Part shown: positions 59,612 through 64,000 of the stretch, in pieces | How positions within the stretch are numbered: the stretch's first letter is position 1 | How the letters are laid out: each line of letters begins with the position of its first letter | DNA from: Candidatus Micrarchaeota archaeon | GTDB lineage: Archaea; Micrarchaeota; Micrarchaeia; Micrarchaeales; CABMGC01 | Direction of reading: 5' to 3' | DNA length: 64,000 nucleotides | Assembly: GCA_021796225.1 (NCBI GenBank) | Contig: JAJYOL010000001.1 | Coordinates: 3,471-67,470, forward strand | Made by a program: the position numbers and the translations under genes | Notes under the pieces: model-generated | Seen by the model: the letters and a program-made list of their open reading frames with translations, nothing else | Database searches by the model: none | Told to the model about the DNA's origin: nothing

Positions 59612-61744
59612 ATGCCTAAGCACATGCGCAAACGCGCGCATACATACGTCAAAGACGCTTCAGCTAAAAGCAGGAGGCATAATCACACATTCGCCCAGGC
59701 AGCAATAGAATATCTTACCACTTACGGCTGGGCAATCCTAATTATAGCAATTGTCATATCCCTCATGTATGCTTTCGTTTTCGCACCTTCATTCGTAGTG
59801 CCGCAGAAATGTACTTTCGGATCGGGCGCATACTGCAACGACGTAATTCTCGGTACTGCGACAAACACGTCAAAAATGGTTTTGTTGCTTTCGAATTCGC
59901 GGCAATACGCCTTAAATAATCCGGGAATTATCTTATCTATAGAGAATGTAGGAAACGTTACCGGGACTTGTTATCCTTCATACGTGCTTCCTGGAGGCAC
60001 GATGGTGTGCAATGCCACAATACCTGCAGGATATTCTGCAGGATCTATAGTATCGTCTGAAATGTATCTGAGCGGAACAACTTGCACGTCAAATTCCAAT
60101 TTGTGTACCTCAAATCCATTACAGGTCTTTTCGGGTTCCGTTGTTGCGCATTCGCAGCCCATCCTCGCATCAGAACCAGTATCGATATCACTGTATGCCG
60201 CAAATCTGACTCCTGCGATAAATTCCGGCCAGACCATGGTAACAGCAACCGTTACGCTTCTCGGTTATCCTCTTCCAGGTGCAACTGTAAACTTCACCGA
60301 AAACGCAGGCACGAATTTCACGCTTACCCCTTCACAATCAACCACTAACACGAACGGAAAAGCTGTCAGTTACCTGTCGAGTACGAAGACGGGTCCTGTC
60401 ACCGTAAACGCGACATTTGCAGGACATACTTCGTCAGTAACGCTCACGTATCAGTTGCAGAAGTACTACACAACCCAGGAATATACTACAACCGGTTCCG
60501 GTTCGGGAAACGGCACATATACGACGCAGCAATACGCCGTGTTGTGCCAGCCTACCGTTTCATTCTCCGGATTAACAACCATTACCGTTACGTGGTGCGG
60601 CGGAACTCCTCCCTATACTGTTACACTGTATTCCGGTTCGTCTCCAAATTGCGCGCTTGATACAAATGTCGTCGCAGTAAACACAGGGGTTACCACAACG
60701 TCAACATCATTTTCAATATCTACAGGAAGTGCATATTACTGTGCCACCGTTACGGATTCATCTTCATCACAACAGAGTGAAGGCTCCGGTTCTGGCGTGT
60801 CTTCAACTACATCCATTGCGACCGTAGTCACAAACGCTGCAACCAACGCTGCAACCAATGCGGCAACGAATGCAGCCACGACAATCACAAACGCTGCAAC
60901 CAATGCGGCAACGACAATTACAAACGCGGCAACGAACGCAGCAACCAATGCCGCAACAAATGCCGCAACCAGCGGTGCAACTGGGAAGGAAGGGACATGC
61001 ACATATTCAACACCTGTGGCAATTGTCGGATGTGTTTCAGGACCTTATAACTCTACCGAAGAAACATTCCTCCCATGCTCTTGCCTTGGATCCGGTGGAA
61101 CGTGTCAACCTCCATCCTATTCTGTAGGGTATGGTTATTCCGGAACCTACGAAGCCTGCGTGTATCCTTCGACTTCAACAACTGTTGCAACCATTATCAC
61201 CAATGCGGCGACGAATGCAGCAACCAATGCCGCAACCAACGCGGCTACCCATACAACGAACGCGGCTACCCATACAACGAACGCGGCTACTCATTCTACT
61301 AACGCAGCAACTCATACAACGAACGCAGCTTCAGTCAGTGGCGGAGGATCTGTATACGGAAGCACGATGATACTGCTCGCAAACGGGACGTACATACCTG
61401 CAAAGAATGTACAAGTCGGATCTATTTTGGAATCTTATAATTTCGTGCTAAACGAAACGGCACCTTCGGCTGTCATATACGTAACAACTACCATGGTGAA
61501 CAACACCTATGTGATAAACGGAAACCTTTCAGTAGATGCAGACGAAATAATATTCCTCAACGGTGCGTGGAACAGGGCATTCAATGCGAAGGTCGGCGAC
61601 GTGCTTTATGATCCTGTGACAAACAGCAACGTAACCATATACAATATATCCGTGAAGAACACTGGCGGAATCGTGTATGATTTCTATCTGGCTCCGAACA
61701 ACAATTTCGTTGCCGCAGGCTATCTCATAGATGCGAAAGTATAA
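59612..61744 (+). CDS. Pilin-like (class III signal peptide) surface protein with TNAA tandem repeats, Cys-rich module and degenerate C-terminal Hint-like domain
   Basis: N-terminus HTFAQ|AAIEYLTTYGWAILIIAIV, analogous to the pilin paralogs. Two blocks of 12-nt repeats encoding (TNAA)n. C-terminal roughly 130 aa matches the Hint block A pattern (S/T-MILLANGTYIPAKNVQVGSIL) and the terminal YDFYLAPNNNFVAAGYLID. It lacks the Cys nucleophile and the TxxH motif. Confidence 0.6.
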   Translation: MPKHMRKRAHTYVKDASAKSRRHNHTFAQAAIEYLTTYGWAILIIAIVISLMYAFVFAPSFVVPQKCTFGSGAYCNDVILGTATNTSKMVLLLSNSRQYALNNPGIILSIENVGNVTGTCYPSYVLPGGTMVCNATIPAGYSAGSIVSSEMYLSGTTCTSNSNLCTSNPLQVFSGSVVAHSQPILASEPVSISLYAANLTPAINSGQTMVTATVTLLGYPLPGATVNFTENAGTNFTLTPSQSTTNTNGKAVSYLSSTKTGPVTVNATFAGHTSSVTLTYQLQKYYTTQEYTTTGSGSGNGTYTTQQYAVLCQPTVSFSGLTTITVTWCGGTPPYTVTLYSGSSPNCALDTNVVAVNTGVTTTSTSFSISTGSAYYCATVTDSSSSQQSEGSGSGVSSTTSIATVVTNAATNAATNAATNAATTITNAATNAATTITNAATNAATNAATNAATSGATGKEGTCTYSTPVAIVGCVSGPYNSTEETFLPCSCLGSGGTCQPPSYSVGYGYSGTYEACVYPSTSTTVATIITNAATNAATNAATNAATHTTNAATHTTNAATHSTNAATHTTNAASVSGGGSVYGSTMILLANGTYIPAKNVQVGSILESYNFVLNETAPSAVIYVTTTMVNNTYVINGNLSVDADEIIFLNGAWNRAFNAKVGDVLYDPVTNSNVTIYNISVKNTGGIVYDFYLAPNNNFVAAGYLIDAKV
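60829..60969 (+). repeat. 12-nt coding tandem repeat (ACn AAy GCn GCn = TNAA), block 1
   Basis: Direct inspection. About 11 to 12 units with synonymous variation and TTIT interruptions. Confidence 0.8.
61196..61330 (+). repeat. 12-nt coding tandem repeat (TNAA / THTTNAA), block 2
   Basis: Direct inspection. Units ACCAATGCGGCG..., then a 21-nt superunit ACC CAT ACA ACG AAC GCG GCT repeated 4 times. Confidence 0.8.
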
Positions 61745-61871
61745 TTCCTTAGAAATTCTTTTAGGAATCATGCAGTAATTCGGCCAAACACGTGTTTTCG
61801 GTTGCCGACCGGCGTTTATCCTCTGAAAGAGTATTCTAGATATATTTAAATACATTCATTTCCCATACCGA

Positions 61872-63965
61872 TTGATTTTAATGGATGAAAGGACGACCTC
61901 ATTCATTGCAATTGCTCTCGCGATTATGTTTATGGGGACTGTAGGGGCGGCGTCTACGCCTTCTACATCATCTCTTACACTGCTTCACCAATATTCCGTG
62001 CCTAATTCGATAATAACGCATCTTACGCAGGCTAATCTGACTTATAACGGATTAAGCTACGTTGCTCTTTACAACAATGGCGCTCTCGCATTCGTGATAA
62101 ATGGATCCGACAGTTCTTTTGTGACAGGCACGGGCAACATCTACAACGTCATACAGGCGTACACGGTAAATCAGAGCTATTCCAAAGTCAATTTCACGCA
62201 GATAGGTGCGCAGATGCATGCCTACGAAGCATCGTCAGCAGGGCCTCTTGCCGACTGCATGATGGAAACCGGTCTTTCCGGGGGTGCTACATGCACGCTA
62301 TCCAATATATGCGAGTCCTGCAGAACCGTTCCCGTATGTTCGAAAGTGCTCAGTGCAGTAGGCGGCCCTACTACGCCATTCGGCTATGGGTTAATGCAGT
62401 TTGAAAACAACGCCACCGTGCTCGACAACGCATTTGCAAATTTCTATTCATACATTAACAACGTCAACATAGGCAACGCCGCAACATTGTTACCTGCAAT
62501 GAGTGCCGAGGCGCAAAACATCTCCGATATAACCTCATCGCTAGGAGAAAATCCCATATTTCCTCCTCCACAGACTGCCGATTTCCAGCTATGTACTGGT
62601 GCAGGCAGCGGCTTCACATCCAACATACCGCTAAGCGGCGGAGTTCCATGGTACTGCAATGCCGTCGGTTTCTGCCAGTATCTGACATACAACACCACGC
62701 TCATAAACGGCATAAACACCGAACTAACGAATGCGGGTTCATCTTCAATAACAAAGCAGGGCATTGAATCAGTCGCATCGGCTGCAAACACCACCGAAGC
62801 TACATACATAACTCCTGTAATAGTAAAAGAAAAAGGCACGGTACTCTCGGGAATACTCAATACGACTCTGTACGGATATTCCGGCATCGTCAACGGATCA
62901 AAAACACTATTAAGCCACATAAGCAACGCAACGCTATCAAGCGAACTTTCCCGATTGGAGGGCAATTATTCTACTTTGACTAAGAACTATGCAAGCATAA
63001 ATCTTACTTCATACAATTCCATTCTCGCGGGCCAGTTCTCAAACGTGTCAAAACTATATTCCTTTCTCAATTCAAGCTATTCCGCACTTTCATCGACAGC
63101 GCAGAACAACACGAACGACATAACAAACCTTGAACTCAAATCGAAGACTGAAAATCCTACGCTTGCTTCTCTCGCATTCAGGCAAATCTTGATAAACAAG
63201 GAGCTTTCCGGCAGTATAGGCAACACGACACAATTATCCCAGCAGCTCAATGCTGTAAGGCTGGCGCTGAATGGCATGGGGATAAACGAGAATCCTGTCA
63301 GCGCACTTTCAAGATATGTCGGCGGACACATTGCAGTTTCAGTTGCAGGCCTGTTGCATTTGTCATACGATTCAAATGTCGCATTTGCACCATGGTTCGC
63401 ATCGATGCCTGCACTCATACTGTTCATAATCTCCCTTTTGTTGCTTCTGCATGCACTATTCCCTGGGAAAGCGGTATCACAATCCATGCTTCTAAAAGGC
63501 AATGCGAAGAAAAGCAGCAATAAGGGCAAACTGGTCGTTTTCGCATTTGTCATGCTATTGTACCTGATATTATCTCTGGCATTGTCCTCAACAAATAATT
63601 CCAGCGTTACCGCATCAACGGTAAGTCATGCAATCACGTCTTCCAACACTATTGTTATTGCACTTAACGGCACGCAGACAAGCGGCATGCTGTCCTGTGC
63701 ATCTTCGATATCTGCCCATTTGATGGGGATGAACAAAACAGTCATTCGCACAACGATAAACGGGATAAAGTGTGTTTCAAACGGCAGCATAGAAACAACG
63801 AGCGCATGCCTTAACGGCTACGTGCACAGCGGCACCCCTGTCGTGATGCTGACAAATTCTTCCGTTAACAGGGCAAACATGTATTCGTTCTACGGCACAA
63901 TGATAAATTACGGCGGCAATTCCACATATCTTGGCAAATGCACGCCTGATGAATTAATCGGGTAA
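61872..63965 (+). CDS. Large secreted protein with C-terminal TM anchors (surface protein)
   Basis: Sec-type signal (MILMDERTTSFIAIALAIMFMGTVGAAS). About 700 aa, Ser/Thr/Asn-rich. Two hydrophobic helices near the C-terminus. Confidence 0.5.
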   Translation: MILMDERTTSFIAIALAIMFMGTVGAASTPSTSSLTLLHQYSVPNSIITHLTQANLTYNGLSYVALYNNGALAFVINGSDSSFVTGTGNIYNVIQAYTVNQSYSKVNFTQIGAQMHAYEASSAGPLADCMMETGLSGGATCTLSNICESCRTVPVCSKVLSAVGGPTTPFGYGLMQFENNATVLDNAFANFYSYINNVNIGNAATLLPAMSAEAQNISDITSSLGENPIFPPPQTADFQLCTGAGSGFTSNIPLSGGVPWYCNAVGFCQYLTYNTTLINGINTELTNAGSSSITKQGIESVASAANTTEATYITPVIVKEKGTVLSGILNTTLYGYSGIVNGSKTLLSHISNATLSSELSRLEGNYSTLTKNYASINLTSYNSILAGQFSNVSKLYSFLNSSYSALSSTAQNNTNDITNLELKSKTENPTLASLAFRQILINKELSGSIGNTTQLSQQLNAVRLALNGMGINENPVSALSRYVGGHIAVSVAGLLHLSYDSNVAFAPWFASMPALILFIISLLLLLHALFPGKAVSQSMLLKGNAKKSSNKGKLVVFAFVMLLYLILSLALSSTNNSSVTASTVSHAITSSNTIVIALNGTQTSGMLSCASSISAHLMGMNKTVIRTTINGIKCVSNGSIETTSACLNGYVHSGTPVVMLTNSSVNRANMYSFYGTMINYGGNSTYLGKCTPDELIG

Positions 63966-64000
63966 TAAGTATGGCAACGACACAACCGAAACAAAAAGGG

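Noticed and set aside
60736-61002. Ala/Val/Phe-rich 88 aa ORF on the minus strand
   Set aside because: An artefact of translating the reverse complement of the TNAA tandem repeat.
60829-61330. Possibility of a CRISPR array
   Set aside because: The repeats are 12-nt, in frame, coding tandem repeats without spacers of unique sequence. No cas genes are present in the window.
61350-61744. Possibility of a true intein
   Set aside because: The Hint-like module sits at the extreme C-terminus with no C-extein. It lacks the Cys/Ser+1 and TxxH catalytic blocks, so it is not a splicing intein.

Overview
This 64 kb window is archaeal chromosome. Markers include fibrillarin, RtcB, PCNA, Kae1 and Bud32, Spt4 and RpoE', SRP54, Pth2, archaeal DtdA, archaeal-type ProRS, GluRS and CysRS, class III (prepilin-like) signal peptides, and tRNAs with introns. 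About 60 protein genes are mostly housekeeping: translation, tRNA/rRNA modification and envelope functions. Four tRNA genes are present. Three carry introns: tRNA-Leu(CAA) with a non-canonical T-loop intron, tRNA-Trp(CCA) with a roughly 70-nt anticodon-loop intron, and tRNA-Ile with an unusual UAU anticodon. tRNA-Gln has no intron. The most striking content is a five-member paralogous family of class III signal peptide (type IV pilin-like) proteins. Each carries a LamG-like concanavalin jellyroll that appears circularly permuted. The family has near-identical N- and C-termini with mosaic nucleotide identity tracts, hypervariable cores, and a tandem triplet of genes. An IS200/IS605 element (TnpA plus TnpB) has inserted at a TTAC site and truncated the last paralog. 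There is also a solo TnpB. Both TnpBs carry a conserved 3' hairpin followed by a GGGAGGATGTCA motif, consistent with an omegaRNA. A downstream cell-surface locus contains a roughly 990 aa S-layer-like glycoprotein. It also encodes a pilin-like protein with 12-nt TNAA tandem repeats and a degenerate C-terminal Hint-like domain, and another large secreted protein. A GH15 glucoamylase gene is interrupted by a frameshift at a C8 homopolymer. The tRNA-Ile(UAU), non-canonical intron positions and the abundance of pilin-like adhesins are compatible with a DPANN (for example Micrarchaeota-like) or Thermoplasmata-related archaeon. This cannot be proven from sequence alone.
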